A stretch of DNA of 64,000 nt. It comes from Minisyncoccia bacterium (GTDB taxonomy: Bacteria > Patescibacteriota > Minisyncoccia > Phycocordibacterales > UBA918). The notes under the pieces were generated by a model, which was given only the letters and a program-made list of their open reading frames with translations, searched no databases and was not told the DNA's origin. How positions within the stretch are numbered: the first letter of the stretch is position 1; each line of letters opens with the position of its first letter. Position numbers and translations under genes: made by a program. Below are positions 20,011 to 30,761 of the stretch, in pieces. The stretch lies in assembly GCA_046293175.1 (NCBI GenBank), contig JBKBPM010000001.1:235446-299445 (forward strand). The letters are read 5' to 3'.

Positions 20011-20463
20011 TTAAAACAAACTTTCTACCACCGCCTTAACATCTGCGCCATCGGCTTGTCCGTTGAGGTCTTTCATGAGGGAACCAACAAGCATGCCCAT
20101 CTTTGATTTATCAGTGATACCAAGTTCGGCTTTTTTGGCTTCGGCCAACGGACGAATCGCGTCTCGGCTCATGAGGGTAGGGAGGTAGGCTTCAAGTACG
20201 ACGAGTTCTTCTTTCTCGGGTTCGGAGAGGTCAGTGCGACCAGCCGCTTCGTACTGTTCAATTGAATCCTTGCGCTGCTTGGCCAGTCGCTTGATGACCG
20301 TAAGCACACCTGCGTCATCAAGTTCGCTTTGAGGTGTTTTGCCGGTAGCGACGAGTTCGTTTGTGACAGCTGTCATGATGCTGCGGACGGTGCGGAGTTT
20401 GACTGCATCTTTGGCTTTCATAGCCTCTTTGAGGGAATCACGTAGGGAAGTATGTAATGACAT
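20011..20463 (-). CDS. GatB/YqeY domain-containing protein
   Basis: 150 aa. Pattern LKEAMKAKD..LRTVRSI..ELDDAGVLTVIKRLAKQRKDSIEQY is typical of YqeY. Confidence 0.75.
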   Translation of the reverse strand: MSLHTSLRDSLKEAMKAKDAVKLRTVRSIMTAVTNELVATGKTPQSELDDAGVLTVIKRLAKQRKDSIEQYEAAGRTDLSEPEKEELVVLEAYLPTLMSRDAIRPLAEAKKAELGITDKSKMGMLVGSLMKDLNGQADGADVKAVVESLF

Positions 20464-20559
20464 AATTTTTTTGATTTAGTAAGGTGATTGTAGCATATAA
20501 AAGGAAATCCCGGCAGAGCGGGATCTCGAGTCGATATCTCTGACAAACAGCTGCCGTTA

Positions 20560-20937
20560 CTATTGGAGCGCAGCAATTATTTCAATGAGGATCGTAGGCA
20601 AATCACCACGAGCTCGTCGTCTGCGATTCGGGTCGTGTTTGGGAGACGACTTCAACACAAACAAGATTTGGTCGCCTGATTTATTCCAAATTGCATCACA
20701 CAAGTAATCGTCATGCTCTCGAAGAAGTCGCTCCCGAATGATATCCTGTCTGCCCAGTCTTAGGCCATAACACAAATCGATAGTTAAGAGCCCGTCTTTG
20801 CTCCCATCAAAGCGAATGTCTTTGATGTGTGGAGGAAGTTCTGCTTCCTTCTTTGCTCTGGTTCAGAGCGTGATGGTGTGAAATAATGCCCATTGTTCTT
20901 CTTCTGTCAGTGGCGTGACACTCGTCGAGTCCTTCAT
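20560..20937 (-). pseudogene. 125-codon reading frame with one in-frame TGA (minus-strand codon 25, nt 20863-20865). ATG at 20937 has a strong RBS AAGGAGGG. Pseudogene or recoding candidate.
   Basis: Hand translation gives MKDSTSVTPLTEEEQWALFHTITL-TGA-TRAKKEAELPPHIKDIRFDGSKDGLL..IEIIAALQ, all in one frame. The downstream part has no start of its own; the ORF track shows it from a TTG at 20775. Confidence 0.4.
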
Positions 20938-21067
20938 GCTGTCCCTCCTTGTTGTACTTGTTTTTACTCGTACGCTGCCTGTACGTAGATATTATTATGA
21001 ACCTCTCAAAATGAGCGTAAAAGGTACCCACTGTGCGTATCGCGTGTTGTGGTAGAATATCGACATT

Positions 21068-22180
21068 ATGGAAATGCTTCTTTTTGCAGTTTTGGTGTTG
21101 TTAGTGATTTTAATTGGGATGGTGGCCTACGTCTTTTTTGTGCGGGTGGACAAGCCAGCGCAGACCCCTGAGTCGCTTCTCCTCATGCAGCAGCAGATGC
21201 AAGAGCTTTCGCGTATCGTGCAGAGTCAGATGAGTGAGCAGGCGAAACAGTCGCGTGAAGGGAGTCAGATGCAGTTCAAGGAGAGTCGTGAGCTCATGCA
21301 GCAGATCAATCGTGATGTGAACGAGCAGATTCGCGCAATTCAGGAAAGCGTGGGGGCAAAGCTCCTCCACGTGGAAAAGAGTGTTGCGACCGTGAGTGAG
21401 AGTAGTAAGCAGGTGTTTGCGGTCGCTGATCAGTTGAAAGAACTCCAGAATATTCTCAAGAACCCCAAGCAGCGCGGTATCCTCGGCGAGTACTATCTCG
21501 AGACAGTACTCCAAAATGTCTTGCCGCCCGAGAGCTTTGCGATGCAGTACGCTTTTGCTGATGGTGAGATAGTAGATGCCGCGGTATTTGTGAAAGGTAA
21601 GGTGATTCCAGTCGATTCAAAGTTCTCACTTGAAAACTACAACCGCTTTGCCGAAGCGGCCGACGGACAGGATAAAGTGAACTACGAAAAAGCCTTCCTT
21701 AACGACCTTAAACTCCGTATCACTGAAACCTCGAAATACATCCGCCCGACCGAAGGGACGATGGATTTTGCGTTCATGTTTATTCCACACGAGGGTATCT
21801 ACTATGATCTCCTCTCTAACCGGGTAGGAGCCGGAGAAGACAACCTCATTCAGCGCGCGGCCGGCAAGTACAAGGTGATTATTGTGTCACCAACCTCGTT
21901 CTTAGCCTACCTTCAGACAGTGCTGCAAGGACTGAAGGCGCTCGAGATCGAAGAGAAGGCGCAAGACATCATTAAGAACGTCGAAAAGCTCTCGGGTCAC
22001 CTCGCCAAGTACGAGGACTACTACAACAAGCTTGGTACGACTCTTTCAACAACAGTGAATCACTACAATGCTGGCTACAAAGAGCTTGCCAAGGTAGATA
22101 AAGATATCTTAAAAATCACTGGTGAAGCCGCTGGCGTAGAGATCCTCTCAATCGATAAACCAATCAAAGACGAAGAATAA
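21068..22180 (+). CDS. rmuC: DNA recombination protein RmuC
   Basis: N-terminal TM, long coiled coil, and the RmuC core (GEYYLETVL..PTEGTMDFAFMFIPHEGIYY). Confidence 0.8.
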   Translation: MEMLLFAVLVLLVILIGMVAYVFFVRVDKPAQTPESLLLMQQQMQELSRIVQSQMSEQAKQSREGSQMQFKESRELMQQINRDVNEQIRAIQESVGAKLLHVEKSVATVSESSKQVFAVADQLKELQNILKNPKQRGILGEYYLETVLQNVLPPESFAMQYAFADGEIVDAAVFVKGKVIPVDSKFSLENYNRFAEAADGQDKVNYEKAFLNDLKLRITETSKYIRPTEGTMDFAFMFIPHEGIYYDLLSNRVGAGEDNLIQRAAGKYKVIIVSPTSFLAYLQTVLQGLKALEIEEKAQDIIKNVEKLSGHLAKYEDYYNKLGTTLSTTVNHYNAGYKELAKVDKDILKITGEAAGVEILSIDKPIKDEE

Positions 22181-22205
22181 AAGTTACTTTACGAGTAACA
22201 ATAGT

Positions 22206-22802
22206 TTATTGGGTCAGGAGTTCTTTGCGCACTTTTGCTGCTTCAATACCAATCAAATTTTCTCGAATCTCTAGTGACATTATTTCAAAATCTTCACGCT
22301 CCTCTGGTGGCAGTGCGTCATAGTACTTCCGTATGTCTTCGTCAGAGACACGCTCGGCAGCTTTACTTTCAATAAATGTAGCTGTGGTGAGTCGACGGAG
22401 GACAAGTGCGCGGTATTTTTCTTCGGTCAGACCAAGTGACGCAATATAAGCTGCCAGACCGGCGGCATCAGTGTGATTATATTCCTCACGCAGCCAGGCA
22501 AATTGGATGAGGCTTTCCGGTACTGTGGTACCAGCTGCCACTGCCATATCATAGAGGCGTGCATCATCTTCGACTTGCTGGCGAGCACTTGCTTCAGCCA
22601 GTTCTTTTTCTTCTGGATTCAGATTGCGGGTATCAATTTGCTCGAGTAACAGGCGTTTAGCAATTTCTGTCTCAGTTTCTTCTATCGCTGGGGTTTCGAT
22701 TGGTACCGGGGCGGCAGTGTTTTGTTGCCGATACACCAATACGAAAAAAGTGGCTGCAATGGTTAAGGCAATAAATGTGAGTATGTAAATAAGAATCTTC
22801 AT
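22206..22802 (-). CDS. Membrane-anchored protein with a SurA N-terminal-like chaperone domain
   Basis: N-terminal TM, then an alpha-helical region resembling SurA_N / PpiD-like domains. Weak call. Confidence 0.4.
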   Translation of the reverse strand: MKILIYILTFIALTIAATFFVLVYRQQNTAAPVPIETPAIEETETEIAKRLLLEQIDTRNLNPEEKELAEASARQQVEDDARLYDMAVAAGTTVPESLIQFAWLREEYNHTDAAGLAAYIASLGLTEEKYRALVLRRLTTATFIESKAAERVSDEDIRKYYDALPPEEREDFEIMSLEIRENLIGIEAAKVRKELLTQ

Positions 22803-22866
22803 GAATACATTATTGCATTGTGCTTCTGGTAAATAACATGATGCTGTGTATTAACTGACCAGTGAC

Positions 22867-24666
22867 TTGGTTCTGTTGCTCTATACTATATGTACATGCA
22901 ATTTGCTCAAATATCTTATTGTAGCACTTTTAGCCTTGCCCGCTGCAGCTGCACTGGCCACGCCAAATCTCACCTCTTCACCACGTGGTCCCTATGGTCC
23001 ATATTATGTGGGACAAATGCCGATTTTTTATTACAATCTAAATAATACCGGCACAACTGATAACGGAACGGCGCGACCGCTTATGAATTCGAACTGGGTT
23101 GCAGTTGATATGTTTTCGGATAATAACTATCCATCTGGAAAAGGTCCACATGGTGGTTGGCAGTGGGTATCCGGGGATGCCTTTGGTCCAGTACCGGCCG
23201 GCGGATCAATTATAGTAAACAATGGTGGCGCACCAAGCTCTATCCGTTGGCCAGAAAATGACTACTGTATGGGTGCTGTCGGTAATCATCGGGTGATGCT
23301 TTATGTTGATAACGGTAATGATGTGGTAGAGACAAATAATAGTGACAATAATTCCATCTGGTCTAGCTTTACTGTTGTAAACCGTTCAACTCCAGCACCA
23401 GACCTCACCGCAACCCGCACTGCAACCGCCCTTGGTCCATTTGTGGCTGGCCAGCCAGCTTTACTACCGTTTGTGTTTGCTAACATCGGTACAGCAGTTG
23501 CTACTGAATCGCTTCGTGCTCGTGCACAGATAGATTTGTTTAGTGATGGTACTGTAAATGCAGCCACCACCTTTAATGGCAGACCAGCACTCGCAGTAGG
23601 AGAAAGTCGAACTGAAAATTTTACCTGGGCATCAGCCATAGCAGGAACACACCTCGTGCGTGTTACCTATGTTGATCATTGGTTTACGGTTGATGAGCTT
23701 AATGACTGCAACAACACCAGTAGCTGGGTATCCTTTCAGGTCTTGCCGGTTAATATTGAAGCTCGTCACGCAGCGCGCACAGTTCCTGCCGGGACAACCC
23801 TCTCGACGACCTCCATCAGTCTCCGTAATGTCGGCTCGATAACGTCACCAATTTTCCCATATCGTATATTGATTAATGGTGTACAGGTTGGCATGGGTAG
23901 TACTTCAGCGCCGATGGCTGTATCAGCGACCTGGACTAATCTCACCGTGCCTATCAATTGGACTGCTCCGGCAAGCTCGGCTACTCAGACCCTCGCCTTC
24001 ACCCTTGAAGTAACCGATCCAACCAATGGCCTTGAGGCCACGACCACTACCATCACCATCCCACCAACCTCTGGTCCGATCCCACGACTCATTTCTTGTC
24101 CAACTGCACTCTCAATTATTCTTGGTAATTCGAGTAACCTTACCGCTCGCTACTGGGCCGATCAGCCAATTTCGCCGACTTGTGCAACAGCTGGCTACAC
24201 CGATGTCACGAACAGTGCGACTTGGCTAAGCCAAAATATGGCCGTCGCGTCGGTAACGAACTCTGGCACCAGAGGGCAGGTGACTGGGCATAGTATTGGT
24301 ATCACCCCAGTGGTGGCTTCATACAGCAGTCTTTTTGCAACAACATCAGTGAGTGTCATTGCCAATCCAATTACGCTTGCGATTGCGCCAACGTCACGCT
24401 TTGTCCGCTCGGGATCAGCTGCTAGTCTCCGCATACTGATAACAGCGAATATCAATCTCAACTGTACAGTTACTGGTGGTGTAACAGCTCCAATTAATTT
24501 TTCACATACCGCCAATGTCGGTCAGGTCATCTATGGACCATATGCCACGAGACCGCTGGCAGCCACCCAAAAAGTGACCGTTACTTGCGTTAATCCACTT
24601 AATCCAGCCGAAACAGCGACCCAGTCAATTGATATTGAGGTGGTACCAGTCGCGCTCGAGGTGTAG
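22867..24666 (+). CDS. Large secreted surface protein with CARDB-like domains and a bacterial Ig-like (Big_2) domain
   Basis: Signal peptide LIVALLALPAAAALA. CARDB-like motifs (NNGNDVVETNNSDNN, CNNTSSW). Big_2-like segment TDVTNSATWLSQNMAVASVTNSGTRGQVTGHSIGITPVVASY. Confidence 0.6.
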   Translation: MVLLLYTICTCNLLKYLIVALLALPAAAALATPNLTSSPRGPYGPYYVGQMPIFYYNLNNTGTTDNGTARPLMNSNWVAVDMFSDNNYPSGKGPHGGWQWVSGDAFGPVPAGGSIIVNNGGAPSSIRWPENDYCMGAVGNHRVMLYVDNGNDVVETNNSDNNSIWSSFTVVNRSTPAPDLTATRTATALGPFVAGQPALLPFVFANIGTAVATESLRARAQIDLFSDGTVNAATTFNGRPALAVGESRTENFTWASAIAGTHLVRVTYVDHWFTVDELNDCNNTSSWVSFQVLPVNIEARHAARTVPAGTTLSTTSISLRNVGSITSPIFPYRILINGVQVGMGSTSAPMAVSATWTNLTVPINWTAPASSATQTLAFTLEVTDPTNGLEATTTTITIPPTSGPIPRLISCPTALSIILGNSSNLTARYWADQPISPTCATAGYTDVTNSATWLSQNMAVASVTNSGTRGQVTGHSIGITPVVASYSSLFATTSVSVIANPITLAIAPTSRFVRSGSAASLRILITANINLNCTVTGGVTAPINFSHTANVGQVIYGPYATRPLAATQKVTVTCVNPLNPAETATQSIDIEVVPVALEV

Positions 24667-24766
24667 TACGGCTAGATATCGCTTAAAATATAAGCTTTTG
24701 AAAACCTTGTGACACTGGGCAAAACCCCTTGCAATTTCTTCCAAATCTAGTACAATAGCGACCACT

Positions 24767-25099
24767 ATGGCAACAACTGCAACAAAAAACGAGGCTTTCG
24801 CCGTCATCATGACTGGAGGGAAGCAGTATGTCGTATCTGTGGGCGACACCCTCGAAGTAGAGCTTCTTGGTGATCACAAAGAAGGCGACACCATTACTTT
24901 TGATACCGTCCTCATGACTGACGATGGTGCTAAGGCGAACGTCGGCGCTCCCTACACTGGTGGGAAGGTAACTGCTACCTATCTCGGCGAGACCAAGGGC
25001 CCAAAGCTCTCTATCATCCGCTTCAAGGCCAAGAGTAACCGTGACCGCAAGATTGGTCACCGTCAGCACTACGCTAAGATCAAGATTGAAACAATCTAA
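24767..25099 (+). CDS. rplU: 50S ribosomal protein L21
   Basis: AVIMTGGKQYVVSVGDTLEVE matches the L21 N-terminal signature. Confidence 0.85.
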   Translation: MATTATKNEAFAVIMTGGKQYVVSVGDTLEVELLGDHKEGDTITFDTVLMTDDGAKANVGAPYTGGKVTATYLGETKGPKLSIIRFKAKSNRDRKIGHRQHYAKIKIETI

Positions 25100-25102
25100 A
25101 TA

Positions 25103-25134
25103 ACAAAAAATCCCCGCGAGGGGATTTTTTGTTA
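25103..25134. terminator. Perfect terminator AACAAAAAATCCCC-GCGA-GGGGATTTTTTGTT
   Basis: 14-bp inverted repeat with flanking A/T runs after rplU; bidirectional. Confidence 0.75.
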
Positions 25135-25141
25135 TGCCAAG

Positions 25142-25423
25142 TCAGTTTGTAAAAGGATTTCGACTGAGTATACCACCGATGCGCATGGTGAGAGCAATCC
25201 TCTCTAATTCTTGCATAGCCGCGATAACTGCTTCCGCTTCTTTTGTCTTCGCAAGTAAATCAGCGCTTGGTAGATCCTGATAATCATTAAACATCTCAAT
25301 GAGGTCCTTGTCCTGCAGCGTCCTATTGGTACCAAGAGCAGCTAGTAGACAGGTATGTATAGCCTTCACTTTTTCAGCATACGGGAGTCTTTCGTTGGAG
25401 AGTGATGGTTGTTCAGATGACAT
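25142..25423 (-). CDS. Hypothetical protein (about 93 aa) downstream of recR
   Basis: Start at MSSEQPS (25423) with a GAGGG RBS. The longer ORF-track version would overlap recR. Confidence 0.45.
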   Translation of the reverse strand: MSSEQPSLSNERLPYAEKVKAIHTCLLAALGTNRTLQDKDLIEMFNDYQDLPSADLLAKTKEAEAVIAAMQELERIALTMRIGGILSRNPFTN

Positions 25424-25433
25424 ACAAAGAATA

Positions 25434-26057
25434 TTACCCTCGATTACGTAACGCATTTTTAATAGTCTCTGGATCGGCGTACTCAAGTTCACTACCAGTC
25501 GAGAGACCACGTCCGAGTTGGGACACCTGCGGCTTCTCGGGTACTTCAATACTATTGATAATTGATTCAACAAAACGTGCAGTATTTTCACCGTCGGGAT
25601 TCACCGCAAAGGCGAGAATGATCTCAGAGAGGCCAGTGTGGAGGCGGGCTTCGACAGTGGCCTTAAGTGCACCACCGCGGAGCTTCTTTTGGTCTTCACT
25701 ATGGAGGAGGGGTACAAGTCCGCCAAGGACAAAGTAGAGACCGTTGTATTGGCCGCTCTTTTCAATGGCAGTGATGTCGCTATCACTCGCCACTACCATG
25801 AGCTTCGTCTGGTCACGATTGGGGTTGCTGCAAATTACACAGAGTGGGGAAGTAGTTGTCGTCTGATTATGAGCAAAAAAGCGATGACACGACGCACACT
25901 CGAAGACTGTTGTATCGATTGAGGCAATGAGTTCAGCGAGGTTTTGGGCCTCAGCTTTACCCATGGTGAGGATATGAAAAGCAAAGCGCTTTGCTTGGCG
26001 GCTGCCAATCCCGGGAAATTTTTCGAAGTGAGCGATGAGTTGATCAAGAGTGGTCAT
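25434..26057 (-). CDS. recR: Recombination protein RecR
   Basis: HhH FPGIGSRQAKR, zinc finger C-x2-C..C-x2-C (ECASCHRFF..CVICS), and a Toprim region. Confidence 0.9.
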   Translation of the reverse strand: MTTLDQLIAHFEKFPGIGSRQAKRFAFHILTMGKAEAQNLAELIASIDTTVFECASCHRFFAHNQTTTTSPLCVICSNPNRDQTKLMVVASDSDITAIEKSGQYNGLYFVLGGLVPLLHSEDQKKLRGGALKATVEARLHTGLSEIILAFAVNPDGENTARFVESIINSIEVPEKPQVSQLGRGLSTGSELEYADPETIKNALRNRG

Positions 26058-26059
26058 AC

Positions 26060-27454
26060 CTAGAAGTCGTCACCGTTACCTATATACGCACTTGTATGAT
26101 GTGTATCAAGATTAAGAAAGCGGACATGCTTGCCGTCGAAGTAGAGCTCGGCACTACCGACCGCTCCATGTCGGTGCTTTTCAACCAGGATTTCAGCAAT
26201 ATTTGGCCGCTCGGCTGGCTGGTCTTTGTTTTGTTTATCTTCACGGTGAATGAACATCACGACGTCAGCGTCCTGCTCAATCGAACCAGAGTCACGGAGG
26301 TCAGAGAGACGTGGCTTACCACCGCGCTGCTCCACGGCACGCGAGAGCTGCGAGAGGGCTATGACCGGCACATTGAGCTCACGCGCGAGGATCTTCAGTG
26401 AGCGGGAAATTTCGGTTACTTGCTGCACCATCGAATCACTCGCCTTCGTAGCGGTAGGGGACATGAGCTGCAAGTAGTCGACAATAATCATATCAAGACC
26501 ATGTTCGTTCTTGAGGCGACGGGCGGCCGAACGCATTTTCACGATATTAAGCGCTGGTTCGTCGACAATATACAGAGGCGCTGCATCAAGCTTCGCCATC
26601 GCGTCTTGGAGAGCGGCATACTCATTGTCGTCCTTAAGCCGACCATTACGAAGATTCCACGAATCAACACCAGATTCAGAGGCGAGCATACGCTCCACGA
26701 GCTGCTGTGAACTCATTTCAAGTGAAAAGACACCAACATGTGCGTCGTGCAAGAGCGCGGCATTGCGCGCGATATCAAGTGCCATGGTGGTCTTACCCAT
26801 ACCCGGTCGAGCTGCGAGGATGATGAGGTCAGACTTCTGAAAACCGCCCAGGAGGTTATCAAGACCCGTAAAGCCAGAGGGGACACCACGCCGTTCGTCG
26901 TGGTGTGTACTGAGGTACTCAAACTTTTCCCAGGCATCTTTAAGTGGCCGACCAATTTGTTCAAACTTTTGGGTGGTCGGTGCGTTCGTGACTTGGTAGA
27001 TGGTCTTTTCTGCCTTATCGATAGCTTCTTCGGTGTTCTCAGGGTTCTGATAGGCCATCTCGGCGATTTCTTCTGAGGCCTGGATGAGACCACGGAGAGT
27101 CGATTTTGCCTGTACCAGGTCAGCGTAATACTGCGCGTTGCCAGCCGCTGGCACGGTCTCGATGAGCTCGGCGATATACGCTGCACCCCCAACGCGCTCG
27201 AGGGCGTTCATGGTAGTGAGTTTGTTCGTGACTGAGACGATATCAATAGGATCACCCTTGAGGAAGATCTGGTAGATAGCATCGTAGATGACCCGGTGCT
27301 TGTCTGCATAAAAACTCTCTGGGAAGACCGTTACCGAGATATCGTGCATGACGTCGGGCTTCAGCAGTGTCGCACCAAGAAGTGCGCGTTCGGCGTCAAT
27401 ATTGTGGGGCGCAGTACGGAGGTTTTTATTAAGCGAGGGAGCGTGGTCGGCCAT
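26060..27454 (-). CDS. dnaB: Replicative DNA helicase DnaB
   Basis: Walker A ARPGMGKT and DnaB N/C-domain motifs; 464 aa. Confidence 0.9.
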   Translation of the reverse strand: MADHAPSLNKNLRTAPHNIDAERALLGATLLKPDVMHDISVTVFPESFYADKHRVIYDAIYQIFLKGDPIDIVSVTNKLTTMNALERVGGAAYIAELIETVPAAGNAQYYADLVQAKSTLRGLIQASEEIAEMAYQNPENTEEAIDKAEKTIYQVTNAPTTQKFEQIGRPLKDAWEKFEYLSTHHDERRGVPSGFTGLDNLLGGFQKSDLIILAARPGMGKTTMALDIARNAALLHDAHVGVFSLEMSSQQLVERMLASESGVDSWNLRNGRLKDDNEYAALQDAMAKLDAAPLYIVDEPALNIVKMRSAARRLKNEHGLDMIIVDYLQLMSPTATKASDSMVQQVTEISRSLKILARELNVPVIALSQLSRAVEQRGGKPRLSDLRDSGSIEQDADVVMFIHREDKQNKDQPAERPNIAEILVEKHRHGAVGSAELYFDGKHVRFLNLDTHHTSAYIGNGDDF

Positions 27455-27560
27455 AGATGTGAGTAGTATACTCTAGATTGGTACCAGGGTGAGTATTGTG
27501 GAATCTGGGGATAGTGTGTATAGTTTTTTGAGGTTCAATCGGTTCGTGAGGTAAACCAAA

Positions 27561-27767
27561 ATGAAACGCGTCTTGGTAGTGTTCCTGTCGCTTGTTGCCG
27601 CTGGGTCTGTTACAGCTTGGATTTTTCCCGCTGTTCGTTCCCAGGTCATTTCTATTATGCTCATCGGGGTTCCGCTTTTCTTGTTCATATTCTCAATGCT
27701 GATGTACTATGGCAAGAGTGAGACGCCAAGTCACCGAGAAAGCGACAACGACCTCGAAAAAGGCTGA
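27561..27767 (+). CDS. Small membrane protein (68 aa), hypothetical
   Basis: Two predicted TM helices. Weak RBS GAGGT. Confidence 0.35.
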   Translation: MKRVLVVFLSLVAAGSVTAWIFPAVRSQVISIMLIGVPLFLFIFSMLMYYGKSETPSHRESDNDLEKG

Positions 27768-27822
27768 GACCTGTCCGCCACAAAAAGCAAAAGCCCCGCA
27801 TCCGTGCTGGGCTTTGAACTAT

Positions 27823-29274
27823 TTACATTCTCGATACTTTGGTGCCCTGGGGGGTGTCTTCGACTGCAAAGCCTGCTTCATTAATGAGGGCGCGCAGGCG
27901 ATCACTTTCGCTCCAGTCCTTATCTAGACGAGCAATATCTCGCGCCTTCATGAGGTCTTGCACGGACTTTGGAATATCAGCGACACTCACGACCCCAATT
28001 GAAGCCAGGCCGGCGTCTCGTTTGTCCCTAAGACCAATATCAAGCACCATATCCATCGCCTGCATGGTGGCGCATTTTTCGTCTGGGCTGAGACGGTCGT
28101 CTTTGGTAATTTCAAAGAGGAGCGCAATGGCTTGCGGGGTATCGAGATCGTGATTGATGTATTCATGGAAACGTTGTAGGTAGTCAGGGTGGGGGGTGGT
28201 TGGTTTATTCCCATAATCTTCGTAGACGTAGCGCTTGAGGCGGAAGAGCGCCTGCTTTGCTGCCTTCATCGCTTCAAAGGTGAAATTAAGTGGTGAGCGG
28301 TAGTGGGCACCAAGGAGAAAATAGCGGTAATCGTCACCCGAGAAGCCAGCGTCCGAGAGCTGCTTCATGTTGATGGCGTTACCAAGTGATTTGCCGATTT
28401 TGCCATGATCAATGGTGATGAATTCATTGTGCATCCAGTAGCGGACGTACTGCTTGCCAGTGGCACATTCACTCTGAGCGATTTCAGCATTGTGGTGGGT
28501 ATGAATATGGTCGATACCGCCAGTATGGATGTCGATTTCTTTACCGAGGGTGGCCATGGCCATCGCGGAGCACTCAATATGCCAACCAGGGAAGCCTTTG
28601 CCCCAGCGACTATCCCACCCAAGTTCGCCCTTTTTCCAAACTGCGAAGTCCGCCGGATGGTGCTTTTCGGTATTTTCTTCGACTCTGGCACCGGAGCGCA
28701 GTTTAGTGAGATCTATATGTCCGAGACGGCCATAGGCGGGGAATTTTGCAATATCAAAGTAGACACCATCACTGGTCTCGTAGGTGTAACCTTTTTCTTC
28801 AAGTGTCTTCACGAGATCAATTTGCTCACGGAGATAATCACTCGCGCGCGAAAAGGTGGTTGGTTCCTTAATGCGGAGCTTTTTGATATCAGTCTTAAAG
28901 GCATCGATGTAAATGTCGGTTAACTCGCGCATAGCGTCGAGGGTGATGGGCTTACCCTCCCGACGAAGGCCTTTCATGATTTTGTCCTCGCCATCATCGC
29001 CATCATCGGTCAGATGACCAAAATCGGTGAGGTTAATGGTGTGTCGGACCTCATACCCATTGTATTCGAGCGTCTTTTTGAGAATATCGGCAAATACGTA
29101 CGAGCGGAGGTTCCCGATGTGGGCGAAGTCGTAGACTGTTGGTCCACAACTATAGAGGGTCACTACCGGCGCTTGGCGTGGGACAAAGAAGGCAATTTCG
29201 CGGGTTTCGGTTGAGTAGAGACGCAGTGGCGGAGCTGGTGGAAGGGGGTTTGATTTTTTGAAAAGTGAGAGCAT
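27823..29274 (-). CDS. cysS: Cysteine--tRNA ligase
   Basis: HIGH motif (HIGN) and KMSKS motif with CysRS-specific residues; 483 aa. Confidence 0.9.
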   Translation of the reverse strand: MLSLFKKSNPLPPAPPLRLYSTETREIAFFVPRQAPVVTLYSCGPTVYDFAHIGNLRSYVFADILKKTLEYNGYEVRHTINLTDFGHLTDDGDDGEDKIMKGLRREGKPITLDAMRELTDIYIDAFKTDIKKLRIKEPTTFSRASDYLREQIDLVKTLEEKGYTYETSDGVYFDIAKFPAYGRLGHIDLTKLRSGARVEENTEKHHPADFAVWKKGELGWDSRWGKGFPGWHIECSAMAMATLGKEIDIHTGGIDHIHTHHNAEIAQSECATGKQYVRYWMHNEFITIDHGKIGKSLGNAINMKQLSDAGFSGDDYRYFLLGAHYRSPLNFTFEAMKAAKQALFRLKRYVYEDYGNKPTTPHPDYLQRFHEYINHDLDTPQAIALLFEITKDDRLSPDEKCATMQAMDMVLDIGLRDKRDAGLASIGVVSVADIPKSVQDLMKARDIARLDKDWSESDRLRALINEAGFAVEDTPQGTKVSRM

Positions 29275-29377
29275 AGTGGAGTTAACGCTAGACAGTAGTA
29301 ATAAGGAGTGGGAGGATTTGTTACCAACAGCAACAACTCATTGGCGATGATGATTTGTCGTGCGATAATAGGCTCAT

Positions 29378-30685
29378 ATGTATCAAGATACCACACGAGT
29401 AGCAGAAGAAAAAGATGTACCAAAGCGTCAGGGCGGAAAAACCGCACTGGCGGTAGCCCTTGCGCTCGTGCTCGCGACCGGTGCGTTTTTCTCTGGTCTT
29501 CATCTTGGTGGACAGAAAACTGGTATTGGGAATCTTAGTACCTTACTCGCGGGGGAAGCACAGCCTGATCCAAACGCCGACCTTAAAGAATTTTGGCGCG
29601 TCTGGGACCTACTTGATGAAAAGTTTGCGATAGCCTCTGGTACCGACCTATTGTCGCCTGAAGCGAAGGTAGCAGGAGCGATTGAAGGGCTTGTCCGTGC
29701 CTATGGTGATCCGTACACCACGTATTTTCCACCCAAAGAAGCCGAAGCATTTAATGAGGATATTTCTGGTAACTTTAGCGGTGTAGGGATGGAGGTAGGT
29801 ATGCGTGATGATATGCTTACTATCATTGCACCGCTCCCTGGTACTCCAGCCGAAAAAGCCGGATTGCTCGCTGGTGATAAACTTATCGCGATTAATGGTT
29901 CTTCAACTGATGGTATGGCAGTAGATGAAGCAGTTCGTCATATTCGTGGCGAAGAAGGTACTGTGGTGACCTTGTCTATCCTTCGAACTGGCATGACCGA
30001 ACCAACTGAGTACAAAGTAACTCGTGCTCAAATTGAAGTGCCAACCGTCAAGACTGAAAAGCGGGGTGACACCTTCATCATTTCACTCTACAGCTTTAAT
30101 GCCTTAGCCGAAATGAAAATGCAGCAAGCACTCCGTGACTATGTAAATAGTGGTGCGACGAAACTCGTCCTTGACCTCCGTGGTAATCCAGGTGGCTACC
30201 TCCAAGGTGCCGTCTCGATAGCGAGTTACTTTATGCCAGCTGGTAAGGTGGTCCTGCGCGAAAGCTTTGGTGACGAACGAGAAGAAGAGGTGTACCGCAG
30301 TCGGGGAGCCACCCTCAAGCAGTTTGCACCAAAAGAAATGGTGGTCTTAATTGATGGCGGTTCTGCTTCAGCGTCCGAGATTCTTGCTGGCGCGCTCCAG
30401 GAGCAGGGCTATGCGACTTTAGTTGGGGTAGCGTCATTTGGTAAAGGATCAGTACAGGAACTTGTGAATCTCCCGAGCGGTTCATCTTTGAAGGTGACGA
30501 TTGCCCGCTGGCTTACCCCAAATGGTCGCTCGATTTCAAACGGTGGTCTCACACCTGATATTGTCGTAGAGCGTACAGCGGCTGACCGTGAGGCTAATCG
30601 AGATCCTCAACTAGATGCGGCGATAGCAGTTCTCCATGGAACCTACGTCCCACCAGTAGCTACTACCACTCCTGAGAGTGAATAA
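29378..30685 (+). CDS. Carboxyl-terminal processing protease (S41 family) with a PDZ domain and N-terminal membrane anchor
   Basis: PDZ region (GDKLIAINGSS), S41 motif LDLRGNPGGYL, and the catalytic Ser/Lys region (GSASASEILAGA). Confidence 0.8.
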   Translation: MYQDTTRVAEEKDVPKRQGGKTALAVALALVLATGAFFSGLHLGGQKTGIGNLSTLLAGEAQPDPNADLKEFWRVWDLLDEKFAIASGTDLLSPEAKVAGAIEGLVRAYGDPYTTYFPPKEAEAFNEDISGNFSGVGMEVGMRDDMLTIIAPLPGTPAEKAGLLAGDKLIAINGSSTDGMAVDEAVRHIRGEEGTVVTLSILRTGMTEPTEYKVTRAQIEVPTVKTEKRGDTFIISLYSFNALAEMKMQQALRDYVNSGATKLVLDLRGNPGGYLQGAVSIASYFMPAGKVVLRESFGDEREEEVYRSRGATLKQFAPKEMVVLIDGGSASASEILAGALQEQGYATLVGVASFGKGSVQELVNLPSGSSLKVTIARWLTPNGRSISNGGLTPDIVVERTAADREANRDPQLDAAIAVLHGTYVPPVATTTPESE

Positions 30686-30761
30686 TCCCTCGGCTGGTTG
30701 CCGAGACAAGCGGTTTTCGGTATGATGGCAACACTTTATAAGTTATAAACAGTACTCTCTC